Below are positions 10,156-19,369 of a DNA stretch of 45,130 nt, one piece after another; the stretch's first letter is position 1, and every line of letters begins with the position of its first letter. The translations under genes were made by a program, and so were the position numbers. Location: the sequence record SRR2962707_5026; one strand, given 5' to 3'. The notes under the pieces are model-generated. The model was given only the letters and a program-made list of their open reading frames with translations. It did not search any database and was not told where the DNA came from.

Positions 10156-10488
10156 TTAAATCCTGATGAATGCGAGCTGAGGTATGCTTTTCCAATATTT
10201 TTCTCGTAAGTCTTTTGCCTCCTGAAGGGTCGCAAATCCACTGTTTGTTACCTGGAAGTAGCGTTTTTTCTTACCTCCTCTTTTCTGTGTTGCTCCACCA
10301 AATTCTGAAGTCAAAAATCCTTTATCCTCCAATCGGTATAAGGATGAATGAATCGCACTGATGTTTGCGACCCGATCGGCCCTGATTTCCAACTCTTCTT
10401 TTACTTTGACCGCATAGGCGTCCTTGCCTAAAGATGCTACCGTCAATAAAATCAGCTCCTCAAACTCACCCAGATTACTTCTTTTCAT
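10156..10488 (-). CDS. PadR-family transcriptional regulator (copy 1)
   Basis: LGEFEELILL, AYAVKVK, LYRLEDKGFL, RGGKKKRYF wing. Confidence 0.92.
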   Translation of the reverse strand: MKRSNLGEFEELILLTVASLGKDAYAVKVKEELEIRADRVANISAIHSSLYRLEDKGFLTSEFGGATQKRGGKKKRYFQVTNSGFATLQEAKDLREKYWKSIPQLAFIRI

Positions 10489-10508
10489 TGTTTGTTAAAT
10501 TGGTTATC

Positions 10509-10558
10509 CTCACAATTGTAAATAAAACCTGATGATAATACTCATGTTTGTAAACAAA
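10509..10558. promoter_or_regulatory. Imperfect direct repeat, putative PadR1 operators
   Basis: CTCA-NNN-TTGTAAA-N-AAA at 10509 and 10541; first copy contains the palindrome ACAATTGT. Confidence 0.5.
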
Positions 10559-10612
10559 AGTTACACATTTGCCGATTTGACCTTTTTATTTTTCATACCG
10601 TATACATGACGT

Positions 10613-11356
10613 ATGAAAGTCCCAAGCCTCCCCATTCTGTTGTTGATCGCCTCATGTACCACCGTTTCAAATGAGTTCGCACAGGAGGGGCCAAAACAAA
10701 ATTTTGAAGAGAATCGGGTGGTTGTCGTAAATGAGGAATGGGAGCTGATTGGAGATCTTCGCATTCCAAATTCAGAAGAACTAGTGCCAGTGATGTTGCT
10801 GCTCAACAATGCCAATGGCAATCGCACGGTGTATGAAGAATTAGCTGGTCATTTGGCAGATCAGGGAATCGCTTCGCTTCGACTAGATCTTCGTGGGCAT
10901 GGAGAAAGTATCAATGCAGGAAAATTCATTCCATATGAAGTGCCCAGGAGCCCGCTCATTTGGGATTCTGAGCAAGATGTAATTGCAGCTATAAATTATT
11001 TGAAAAACCACCCCAAGCTCGATTCAACTCGTATCGGATGTGTTGGCGGAAGCTACAGTGGAGAGGAGATGGCGGAGGCCGGTAGAATTGACGGATATGT
11101 TCAAGTGTATGTCGAGTTATCTCCCGGTTCCTTCAGTGATGAATCCATTGCTGCCATTGATGAAAGTGGTGTGCCTTGGCTTTTTGTAGTCTCCAACAAT
11201 GAACGCCACCTCAAGGAAGTGGCTGCTTTGGTGCTGGAAAAAAGTCAAACCGTGGAATATCTATCGCTACCCGGAACCGCCCACGGAACAGTGATGCTGG
11301 AGGAATATGAAGGTTTTGCCGAACGTATTGCTTTCTGGATTAAAAAGAGGATTTGA
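10613..11356 (+). CDS. Alpha/beta hydrolase lipoprotein
   Basis: Lipobox LIAS-C; DLRGHGES; nucleophile elbow GGSYSG; C-terminal AHG. Confidence 0.85.
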   Translation: MKVPSLPILLLIASCTTVSNEFAQEGPKQNFEENRVVVVNEEWELIGDLRIPNSEELVPVMLLLNNANGNRTVYEELAGHLADQGIASLRLDLRGHGESINAGKFIPYEVPRSPLIWDSEQDVIAAINYLKNHPKLDSTRIGCVGGSYSGEEMAEAGRIDGYVQVYVELSPGSFSDESIAAIDESGVPWLFVVSNNERHLKEVAALVLEKSQTVEYLSLPGTAHGTVMLEEYEGFAERIAFWIKKRI

Positions 11357-11365
11357 CTCTACCAT

Positions 11366-11869
11366 TCAATTCGAAGGTAAATACTGCTTTGGTATAGGAT
11401 ATTTCTCGCTTTCCATCATCCAAAACATGGACATTATCCAATATCGATTTCCGTCCCAAAAGTATTGGTAGCTGGTGAACCCACGACCTTCCGCTGACTT
11501 GTCTTCCATCCAGAATTTATAGGTGCTAATGGACTGGGTTATTGAACCGTATGTCTCTGAAGAAACATATAATTCTTCCTCATAAAACCCTTTCTTGTCC
11601 AGATAGTCAAGTTTCCCAATATATCCTTCAATATCCATCGGCATGAGCACGTTTTTTTGTTGCTCTTCTGACCAATAGCTATAAGTGAGTTTGGCCTTAG
11701 GATGGAATAGATTTCTCAAACGATCAAAATCCCTGGTCTGGCCGATAGGGCCGGAGACGATTTCATAGTAGACTTTCCCAATGGTTTCGATCGATTCTAC
11801 GTCTTCTTCATATTGGGCATTTGCTAAAAAGCAAGTCAACATCAACAGGGCAATTAGTGTGTTTTTCAT
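11366..11869 (-). CDS. Secreted NTF2/SnoaL-like hypothetical protein
   Basis: Signal peptide; YEIVSGP..RDFDRLRNLFHP, RGFTSYQ...YWIMSMFW pattern. Confidence 0.65.
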   Translation of the reverse strand: MKNTLIALLMLTCFLANAQYEEDVESIETIGKVYYEIVSGPIGQTRDFDRLRNLFHPKAKLTYSYWSEEQQKNVLMPMDIEGYIGKLDYLDKKGFYEEELYVSSETYGSITQSISTYKFWMEDKSAEGRGFTSYQYFWDGNRYWIMSMFWMMESEKYPIPKQYLPSN

Positions 11870-11873
11870 CCTA

Positions 11874-12980
11874 TTAATTGTTTTCTAAAACCAACCTATT
11901 CTGAAGGTACAAATACCGGGCATAATTCTCCCAACGGCTTTTCTGTTCTATGGTCATATCATGGGCTTTCTTGAAATGTTCGGTGGCCATCGTCTGGTTT
12001 TGCTCTTTCAAGTAGTACTCTCCAAAAGCAAAGTGGGTCTGAAAATTTTCCGGATAGCGCCTGATTCCTTCGTTTAGAATCTCAAGTGCCTCTTTTTTCT
12101 TTCCTTCTACGGTGTATTTACGCAACGCGTAATAGTAAATGTTAAAACCTCCGGCGTTCGTCCACGCCTCATCGATCAGGTTTTTACCCTCCTTCTTCTT
12201 CCCCATGGATTGTAACAATTCTCCTTTCAAAATCCTGTAATTAAACAAATAGGCTGACCGGTAATATTCATTATCCATGGAATCCAGCAGTGCATACGAT
12301 TGATCGAGGTACTTGATTGCTTTCTCCTTTTGGTCAGGATCTTTTTCCAGTGTACGAATGGCCAGTTCCTGGTAGTCGCTGGAGGACTTGTCTTTCTTTG
12401 TCTCCAGGTCAGTCATAATATTCTTAAGAGCATTGGTTTGCACGCTGAAGGTGACGGCAGTTTCTTCCCATAGCAATTGAATGTCTACTGATTCAGTGGT
12501 AGGATTTATGAATTCATAGCTCAGCCATTCCTGGAAAGGTCCTTTTTGTGTTTTCACTGGAATGCGAAGTACATCATTGGCTTTGTCATAGTTGAATGCT
12601 CCCCAGCTCTTCCCGGATGAAAAGATCAGGGTCCATTCTTTCTCGGAAACAAGGACCAAAAAACCATACGACCCGGAATCTAGTGGCTGACCTTCGATTT
12701 CTACCGGTTGACTGAATTCGATGGTTGTTCGCTGATTGGATCCGGCACGCCAGGGATATTCCTTCCCTTCGACCACAAAATCAAATGGAACAATGCCTCC
12801 GAAAATCTTTCTTCCATTGACGGACGGACTGTGATACTTGATGGTTATGTCGCATTTGCCGATGTTGGCTGAAGTGGTTCTGGACTGACTGATCAGGGTT
12901 TTACCTCCCACATCCTGAGAGAATCCCTTTGATGATACCAAAAGAAGGATCATCGTAAGAAGTTTTGAGCTGTTTTTCAT
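11874..12980 (-). CDS. DUF2911-domain protein with C-terminal TPRs
   Basis: ITIKYHSPSVNGRKIFGGIVP, PWRAGSNQ; helical TPR-like C-terminus; signal peptide. Confidence 0.85.
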   Translation of the reverse strand: MKNSSKLLTMILLLVSSKGFSQDVGGKTLISQSRTTSANIGKCDITIKYHSPSVNGRKIFGGIVPFDFVVEGKEYPWRAGSNQRTTIEFSQPVEIEGQPLDSGSYGFLVLVSEKEWTLIFSSGKSWGAFNYDKANDVLRIPVKTQKGPFQEWLSYEFINPTTESVDIQLLWEETAVTFSVQTNALKNIMTDLETKKDKSSSDYQELAIRTLEKDPDQKEKAIKYLDQSYALLDSMDNEYYRSAYLFNYRILKGELLQSMGKKKEGKNLIDEAWTNAGGFNIYYYALRKYTVEGKKKEALEILNEGIRRYPENFQTHFAFGEYYLKEQNQTMATEHFKKAHDMTIEQKSRWENYARYLYLQNRLVLENN

Positions 12981-13057
12981 CACTAATGTATTTGAGTTTC
13001 AGCTCAATGGTAAGAGGAACCTAAGAGAAGGCGGGACTCATTTGGAGACAAGCTGAT

Positions 13058-14299
13058 TCAAAGCTGTTCATTGTTGTTGAGAGCCACAGGATTGCCACGT
13101 TGGTCCAACAACTCATAGTCTAAAACCTCTCCAAGTCCTTCAAATCGAAAACGCAAGCCTACAAGCTTTCCAATGGTTTCATTGTACCCCTTTGTATATA
13201 CTTCCTCTCCATTGATTGAAACGGTCATGACTTTTTGCCTAACCCTCATCTCAAGATTAACCGGTTTGGAGAAATCCGCATTCAAGGAAGAGAGGTCGTT
13301 TTCTTTTCCGCTTAGGTAGACATCATTCAACATCAGGTTGTTGTCGGAACTGCAACCAATTTTTGAAAATGGTACGATGAAAGCACCGGAAGTGCCCAAA
13401 AAATATAGGCGCGTTCGATGGCAAATGGCCCAACGGTCATCAAATTTGTGTTGGATGGTAGCCTTGAGTGAAAAATTATCTCCCGAGACGTTACCTAAAT
13501 CATCGACAAAATGAAACGTAGAATAAAGGACCTCATTAGAGGTTTTGATGGTCTCGCTGATCTCGGGCGGACAAGCAATTGCCTTTCCCTCTATCATGGG
13601 TGGAAAATACTTAGGTACCGGCTCAAAATTCACCATCCCGAGCCATCCGTTGCTCTTCAAAAAGAGATCATGTTCTAAAACTGACTGACCATCTACCATC
13701 AACTTAGCCCTGAAATAACCGGGATAATAGTAGATGCCTGTGGCCTGGGTTTGATCCCGTTCAATCGACACGGTCTTCGTTGGATCCCAATATTGTTGAA
13801 TGTGAAGACTGTCCGTGCGTAGTGTTGAAGGAATTTTGAAATTGAAGAGTACTGAATTGGGATATTCCATGCTCAACACTTCACTGGAAAATTCGAACTC
13901 TGAAGCATTGATCACCACCTCTGGTCGCTTGTTACTGATCAGGCTGATGGTAAGCAGGGCCAGGACAAACCCAACGGTCATGTAAAATGATTTTCGAGGA
14001 GTCCTAACCAATGGTTTTCTTTTTGGAGCCGAAGTTCTGAAATCACGCCAGTTTTCGTGCCCTGTAAATTGAGCTAGCGCATCAAGTGTGGTAATGCTCG
14101 GTGCTCCGTCATGGTTGACAACCCCAAAAAACCGTTTGAGCGTTGGTACACTGAGCATGATTCCGGTGGATTGAAAAACCTTCTCAGAAAGCTCATCAAA
14201 CATTCTGCTGTGCCAAGTAGATACCTCTCCCCAACCCACGTAATCAGCGATTTCTTTTCTCAAACGAGTAATATCCTTATCTGAATGCCTGGATGTCAT
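13058..14299 (-). CDS. Single-pass membrane protein: N-terminal helical (HTH-like) domain, TM, extracytoplasmic beta domains
   Basis: LSEKVF...LSVPTLKRFFG...PSITTLDALAQF; basic stretch then TM at about aa 105-122; YYYPGYFRAKL (PKD-like) and beta-rich C-terminus. Confidence 0.7.
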   Translation of the reverse strand: MTSRHSDKDITRLRKEIADYVGWGEVSTWHSRMFDELSEKVFQSTGIMLSVPTLKRFFGVVNHDGAPSITTLDALAQFTGHENWRDFRTSAPKRKPLVRTPRKSFYMTVGFVLALLTISLISNKRPEVVINASEFEFSSEVLSMEYPNSVLFNFKIPSTLRTDSLHIQQYWDPTKTVSIERDQTQATGIYYYPGYFRAKLMVDGQSVLEHDLFLKSNGWLGMVNFEPVPKYFPPMIEGKAIACPPEISETIKTSNEVLYSTFHFVDDLGNVSGDNFSLKATIQHKFDDRWAICHRTRLYFLGTSGAFIVPFSKIGCSSDNNLMLNDVYLSGKENDLSSLNADFSKPVNLEMRVRQKVMTVSINGEEVYTKGYNETIGKLVGLRFRFEGLGEVLDYELLDQRGNPVALNNNEQL

Positions 14300-14327
14300 G
14301 TATCAAATGTGCGAAAGATCCTGTAGC

Positions 14328-14362
14328 TGAACAAGCGTGAACCGAAATGAATGAACATGTAA
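14328..14362. promoter_or_regulatory. 10-bp-periodic TGAAC repeats between divergent genes
   Basis: TGAAC 14328, TGAAC 14338, TGAAT 14348, TGTAA 14358. Confidence 0.45.
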
Positions 14363-14413
14363 ATCCCAGATACAGACATCTGCAGAAATGCGTCGTAAGG
14401 TTGTAAAAATGAA

Positions 14414-15526
14414 ATGATCAAAATGAAACATCGAATCAACTTATCCATTCTGTTACTACTCTCAGCATTGCTTGGCGAAGCGCAGATGATCCCTATCGAC
14501 ACGAACACATGGGATATTAATGCACGCGGTTACCTGATTGAGAACCATCGCGGGGTTAAAGCCATCTACCTCCAGGCGGGTTCTATGGCGCTCAAAGACA
14601 TTGTGTTCCTCAATGGCACCATAGAATATGATATTCACCTGAAGAAAGAGCAGGCCTTTCCTGGCGTCCACTTCAGGGTGCAGGACAATGGCAACCGGGA
14701 AGAATTTTATGTCCGCCCCCACCAATCCGGCAATCCGGATGCGAACCAGGCGGCCCCCTCCACACAATACATTACTCCGTGGCAATTGTATTTTGGTCCG
14801 AGGTATTCATTTCCCTATGAGTACAAATACGATGACTGGACCCATATCAAGGTGGTGGTCAAGGATGACAAAGCGCAGGTTTTTATGGACAATAGTGAAG
14901 AACCGCAGCTTTCATGGAACCTGTTTCATTCTCCAAAAGCAGGAGGTATTTCACTGACTGGAGGCAATCAATCCGGATTCCACATTGCCAACATTAAGGT
15001 GTCGCAGGAGGACCCTGAATTGGTCAATTTTTCTCCTATCAAAAAAGAGCCGATCCCGAATCTGGTACAAAGCTGGGAGATTTCGGACATGTTCGCGGAA
15101 CATGCATTGGAAGATCCGTCGAAGCTCGCCAAGCTGATCGGTGAACGAAACTGGCAGGGCAAAATACAGGTAGAAGAAGGCACAGCTGCCAATATCTCGC
15201 GCATTCAAAACCTGGTGGATGGTACAGATGGCAACACGGTTTTTGCGCGGGTCATCATCAACTCCAAGTCTGATCAACTCAAACTATTTGAATTTGGATA
15301 CAGTGATCGTGTAGTGGCTATTCTCAACGGTAAGCCGATCTACTGGGGGAACAACCGGTGGCGGTCCAGGGACTATCGGTACCTGGGCACAATCGGACTA
15401 TTCGATGGTATTTATCTCGACTTGAAAAAGGGTGAAAACGAACTATTGATGGCGGTCTCCGAAGACTTTGGTGGTTGGCTGATCACCGGAAGATTTAAGG
15501 ATGAAAGAGGAATCAACTTTAAGTAG
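14414..15526 (+). CDS. Secreted protein, DUF1080/ConA-like beta sandwich plus jelly-roll domain
   Basis: Signal peptide; NGTIEYDI..GVHFR..WTHIKVVV; C-terminal FGYSDRVVAILNG..LKKGENELL; start may be 14423. Confidence 0.65.
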   Translation: MIKMKHRINLSILLLLSALLGEAQMIPIDTNTWDINARGYLIENHRGVKAIYLQAGSMALKDIVFLNGTIEYDIHLKKEQAFPGVHFRVQDNGNREEFYVRPHQSGNPDANQAAPSTQYITPWQLYFGPRYSFPYEYKYDDWTHIKVVVKDDKAQVFMDNSEEPQLSWNLFHSPKAGGISLTGGNQSGFHIANIKVSQEDPELVNFSPIKKEPIPNLVQSWEISDMFAEHALEDPSKLAKLIGERNWQGKIQVEEGTAANISRIQNLVDGTDGNTVFARVIINSKSDQLKLFEFGYSDRVVAILNGKPIYWGNNRWRSRDYRYLGTIGLFDGIYLDLKKGENELLMAVSEDFGGWLITGRFKDERGINFK

Positions 15527-15536
15527 GTTTAAGTGA

Positions 15537-15566
15537 AAAAGGCCAACCCTCTCGGGTTGGCCTTTT
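15537..15566. terminator. Bidirectional intrinsic terminator
   Basis: AAAA-GGCCAACCC-TCTC-GGGTTGGCC-TTTT between convergent genes. Confidence 0.92.
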
Positions 15567-15588
15567 GATTCTTCTCTAGGCAAGCTAA

Positions 15589-18213
15589 CTACTCGTATTT
15601 CAATGTCTTAGCCGGATCCAGTCTGGCTACTTTCAAGGTTTGATAGCTTACGGTGATGAATGCCAGCACCATCACCACCACTAAAGCAAAGACCAGCGTC
15701 AACCATGGAAAATCAATTCGATAGGCATAGTCGTTTAGCCAGCCATTCATTAAAAAGTAGACTAACGGAAAGCCCAAAACGGCTGATACCCCAATGAGGC
15801 TCAGAAATCCCCGGTAGAAGAGGTAGAGAATCTGCCCCTGGTTTGCACCAAGCACTTTTCGAACGCCGACCTCCTTGGATCGCTGAATCGAAAGGAAAGA
15901 AGCCAGCCCGTATAGCCCAAGAATACCAATGAAGATGGCTAAAATCGAAAAGGTGATAAACACATCGCCAAATCGTCTGTCCTGCTCATACAGCGAATTG
16001 AACCGGTCGTCCAGAAAAACAATGTCCATGGGTATCTCAGGATAAAACTCATCCCATTTCTCAACTAAAAAATCTATCCCTGCCATGTAGTTTTCATCAT
16101 TCAACTCGATGACCAGATTTCTCACTCCCCTCACCGGCCAGTAAACCGTAGGCTCAATTTTCTCTTTCAATGAGGTGCGGTTAAAATCTTTGACGATCCC
16201 TACAATTTTTCTTTTTGTTCCCCAAATATCAAGGATGGCACTGATTGTAGTGGAGTAATCTTCCACGTTGAACCGATCCAAAAATGCTTCATTGACCATG
16301 ATGGCATTGGAGTCTGAAGCCAGCTTTGTATCAAAACTTCGACCGGCCACCATTTCAATATCAACGGCATTCATGAAATCGCTATCATTGAACTGAACAA
16401 ATGTGGTTCCGGATAGGGGCTCGTCCGAAAAACCCATCAACTGAATCTTGTCTGTGGTGGAATTGATATCTGCATTCCCTCCGCCCGGCAAATTGGAAGT
16501 GGCACCCACGGTTTCGATTGCTGCATGGCTTTCCAGCATTCGTTTAAAGCCGTCCAAATTATTCACGTACGCTTCGAATGATTCTCCTGAGTCAGCATTA
16601 CGTTCGGGAACTTCCACACTAATCACCTTATCGATGGAAATACCCAGATCCTGATTTTTCATGTAATTGACCTGCTTGGAAATAATCAGGGTGGATGCAA
16701 TCAGCACCAGGGATCCGGTGAACTGCACTACCACCAGGCCTTTTCGAAGGGAAGTACCACTTTTGGAATTTCTGAACTCTCCCTTGAGCACCGCTACAGG
16801 TCTAAAGCCTGAGAGTACCAGTGCCGGATAGAATCCTGAGATGAAGGCGCCAATGAACCAGAATAGCGACATGGTGATGAGGAGCGTTGGATGATTCCAA
16901 ACATGGATCATGACTTCTTTGCCCACCAGCTGGTTGAAATACGGAAGTAATACCTCCGCTAGAAGCAACGCTGTAATCGCACCGAGTAGGTTGATCAGTA
17001 AGGCTTCAAACAAAAATTGATAAACCAACTGTTTTCGAACGGCTCCAATTACTTTCCTCAAGCCGACTTCCTTGGCCCTGTCGATTGCCCGGGCTGTTGA
17101 CAAATTGGTGTAATTGACCCAGGCAATGATGAGGATCAAAATAGAAATGACGGATAGGAAATCCACCGCCTGCTTGTTGCCCTGCTGTTGAGGTTCGTAG
17201 GTAAAGTCGGATTCCAGATAGATTGATGTGACAGGATGAAGGTCCCAACGGGATTGATTTTCTTCGTCATAATTTTTGATGACCTCTCTCGCCTTCTCAT
17301 TGATTGCCTGCATGTCTGCATTCTTGACGAGCTTTAAATAAACGTAGTGATTGTTGTAATTCCAGGATTTGTAATCACCCTCATCTTTGAAGGTTGGGTC
17401 AGAAATCATCATGTTCACCCGGTAGTGCGTGTTTTCCGGGACATCCTGAATCACACCCGTTACTTTCAGGGAAGCATTATAGGGAGCCACAACCTGAATG
17501 GTTTTACCTATTGGATTCTCATTTCCAAAAAATGCCCTGGCTCTACTTTCTGTGAGTACTACACAGAGCGGTTCGACCAGCATGGATTCTTTTGAGCCTG
17601 CCAGTACATCATAATCGAAGAGCTGAAGAAAGTTGGAGTCAGCCGAAACGACGTATTCATCTTTGATCAACTTGTCCCCGTATTTGAATGTAATCGGATT
17701 CAATTTTTGGGTCACCGTGTGCTGAATTACGTCGGGGAGTTCTTCGTTCAATACTTCTCCTGTCAGGTAAGAAGCCATGGCATCTTTTATGCCATCCAGG
17801 CTGTCAATGACCTCTACCGTACCGATGCGATAGAGTTGATCCGCATCGGAATGAAAGCTATCGTAACTCCGCTCGAACCGAACATATTCGTTGATAAGCA
17901 GAAAGCTGGCCAGTCCTATGGCCAGTCCCAAGACGTTAATGGTCGTAAACATCTTGTGGCGCGACAGATGCCGCACGCTGATTTTGAAATAGTTTTTAAA
18001 CATACCAGTATCCTTTATTATTTGAGTTTTCATTAGTGGTCGTAGGAGTGAAATCCTGAAGAGCAGTATCACATCCATGACATATCGCAGCTGGGCATTC
18101 CTCCCTTCGGCCAAATGATCCTGGTATAGTTCCTCCAAATCACCTTTGATGTCACGGTAATAGTCGGGATGGCAATACCATTTAAATACCTTATCTGCTA
18201 TCTGTTTGATCAT
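15589..18213 (-). CDS. MacB/FtsX-type duplicated ABC permease with prefix domain (copy 2)
   Basis: Prefix KWYCHP...GDLEELY; MFKNY at aa 71; RAKEVGLRK, RSKEVGVRKVLGA; DPAKTLKYE. Confidence 0.93.
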   Translation of the reverse strand: MIKQIADKVFKWYCHPDYYRDIKGDLEELYQDHLAEGRNAQLRYVMDVILLFRISLLRPLMKTQIIKDTGMFKNYFKISVRHLSRHKMFTTINVLGLAIGLASFLLINEYVRFERSYDSFHSDADQLYRIGTVEVIDSLDGIKDAMASYLTGEVLNEELPDVIQHTVTQKLNPITFKYGDKLIKDEYVVSADSNFLQLFDYDVLAGSKESMLVEPLCVVLTESRARAFFGNENPIGKTIQVVAPYNASLKVTGVIQDVPENTHYRVNMMISDPTFKDEGDYKSWNYNNHYVYLKLVKNADMQAINEKAREVIKNYDEENQSRWDLHPVTSIYLESDFTYEPQQQGNKQAVDFLSVISILILIIAWVNYTNLSTARAIDRAKEVGLRKVIGAVRKQLVYQFLFEALLINLLGAITALLLAEVLLPYFNQLVGKEVMIHVWNHPTLLITMSLFWFIGAFISGFYPALVLSGFRPVAVLKGEFRNSKSGTSLRKGLVVVQFTGSLVLIASTLIISKQVNYMKNQDLGISIDKVISVEVPERNADSGESFEAYVNNLDGFKRMLESHAAIETVGATSNLPGGGNADINSTTDKIQLMGFSDEPLSGTTFVQFNDSDFMNAVDIEMVAGRSFDTKLASDSNAIMVNEAFLDRFNVEDYSTTISAILDIWGTKRKIVGIVKDFNRTSLKEKIEPTVYWPVRGVRNLVIELNDENYMAGIDFLVEKWDEFYPEIPMDIVFLDDRFNSLYEQDRRFGDVFITFSILAIFIGILGLYGLASFLSIQRSKEVGVRKVLGANQGQILYLFYRGFLSLIGVSAVLGFPLVYFLMNGWLNDYAYRIDFPWLTLVFALVVVMVLAFITVSYQTLKVARLDPAKTLKYE

Positions 18214-18548
18214 GTCATTTTCAGATCGAGCGCAACTTCAGGAATGGCATTCCATAGTTGCATGCGTACATCCTGTGAGTATTTGAGTGCGTCGCGTCCG
18301 TAGGCAGTGATGGTAAAAAATCGTTTCGGCTTTCCTCCTCTTTTTTTAGTCACCTCTCCCTCCCTGCTTTTCAGGTAGCCTTTCTTTTCCATCCGTCTAA
18401 GTGCGGATTGCAATGCTCCTACACTGACTTTCCGTTTCAGACGCGATTCAATTTCCTGCTTGATTGCCACGCCATATGCCTCGTCATACAAGACACCTAC
18501 GGTCAAAAGCACGATTTCTTCAAATTCACCCAGTTGAAACTTCTTCAT
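18210..18548 (-). CDS. PadR-family transcriptional regulator (copy 2)
   Basis: LGEFEEIVLL, AYGVAIK, RGGKPKRFF; ATGA overlap with the permease. Confidence 0.92.
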   Translation of the reverse strand: MKKFQLGEFEEIVLLTVGVLYDEAYGVAIKQEIESRLKRKVSVGALQSALRRMEKKGYLKSREGEVTKKRGGKPKRFFTITAYGRDALKYSQDVRMQLWNAIPEVALDLKMT

Positions 18549-18621
18549 ATAAAATTCCTATTCGTAGTATTGATGCAACAAATATAAAAAGGTTGCATAA
18601 AATTCCTATTTGTAGTATTGA
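18549..18621 (-). promoter_or_regulatory. Promoter flanked by a 25-bp direct repeat (putative PadR2 operators)
   Basis: ATAAAATTCCTATT(C/T)GTAGTATTGA at 18549 and 18597 (24/25 identical); -7 box TATATTTG on minus strand at 18579-18586. Confidence 0.8.
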
Positions 18622-18676
18622 AATGTGAAAAGAACTGAGCCTATAATTACCTACAGTCTGTCTTATGAGGGTTGGA

Positions 18677-19369
18677 TTAGCTGCGTTTTACTGCCCTAAC
18701 CATTTCCTTTTTGCCCATGGCCCCTTGCAGTGTTTCTACCTCGAATCCCACCTCTACCAGGTTTCGTTTGAATTGGCCCTGTGCACAATACGTGGTGAGG
18801 ATTCCTCCATTTTCCAGCACAGAATGGCATTTTTTCAGGTTGTCCAGCGACCAGACCTCCGGTTGTTTGCTGGGAGCAAATGCGTCAAAGTAGATGATGT
18901 TGAAAGGTTGGGAAGGTGTTAAGGTGTTGAGGTTTAAGGTGTTGAGGTTTTCGAGTTTTGAGGTGGTTTTGTGGAGTTTAATGTAATCTGATATTGTTAC
19001 TTCTTTTTCCCATTCAGACTCATGGATTTTCATGAGCAGTGCCTTCTCTTCTTTAGATTCATGGTAGTTCAGGCGCTCATAAATCTCTTTTTGGATGGGA
19101 AAAGGTTCTAATGAAGTGAAGTGGATTTTCTGATGGTTTTTATCAGCAAATTGGGCAGTGAGAAAGGCATTCAGTCCTGTTCCAAGCCCTACTTCAAGGA
19201 TTCGAACTTCCGCCTGAGGATGCTGGAACAAGAGATATTCCAATCCCTCTTTGATGAATACATGCATGGATTCGCCTCTCGCACCCCTTGTGGAATGGTA
19301 GGTCTCGTTAAGGTCCTCATCGAATAAGCTGTTGGAGCCGTCTTCCGTAGTGATGATTCGAATCTTCAT
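18677..19369 (-). CDS. mnmD: tRNA mnm5s2U34 methyltransferase, stand-alone MnmC-N domain
   Basis: TEDGSNSL..ETYHS..GARGESMHVF, ILEVGLGTGLN, YFDAFAP, GKKEM; ATG 19369 overlaps the upstream stop (ATGA). Confidence 0.92.
   Translation of the reverse strand: MKIRIITTEDGSNSLFDEDLNETYHSTRGARGESMHVFIKEGLEYLLFQHPQAEVRILEVGLGTGLNAFLTAQFADKNHQKIHFTSLEPFPIQKEIYERLNYHESKEEKALLMKIHESEWEKEVTISDYIKLHKTTSKLENLNTLNLNTLTPSQPFNIIYFDAFAPSKQPEVWSLDNLKKCHSVLENGGILTTYCAQGQFKRNLVEVGFEVETLQGAMGKKEMVRAVKRS
18913..18950. repeat. In-frame 15-bp tandem duplication inside mnmD
   Basis: AAGGTGTTGAGGTTT at 18921 and 18936 plus partial AAGGTGTT at 18913; encodes NLNTL-NLNTL. Confidence 0.9.

Noticed and set aside
18549-18621. 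25-bp repeat with 23-bp spacer as a mini CRISPR array
   Set aside because: Only two copies, the spacer is a promoter box, and there are no cas genes; the operator reading fits better
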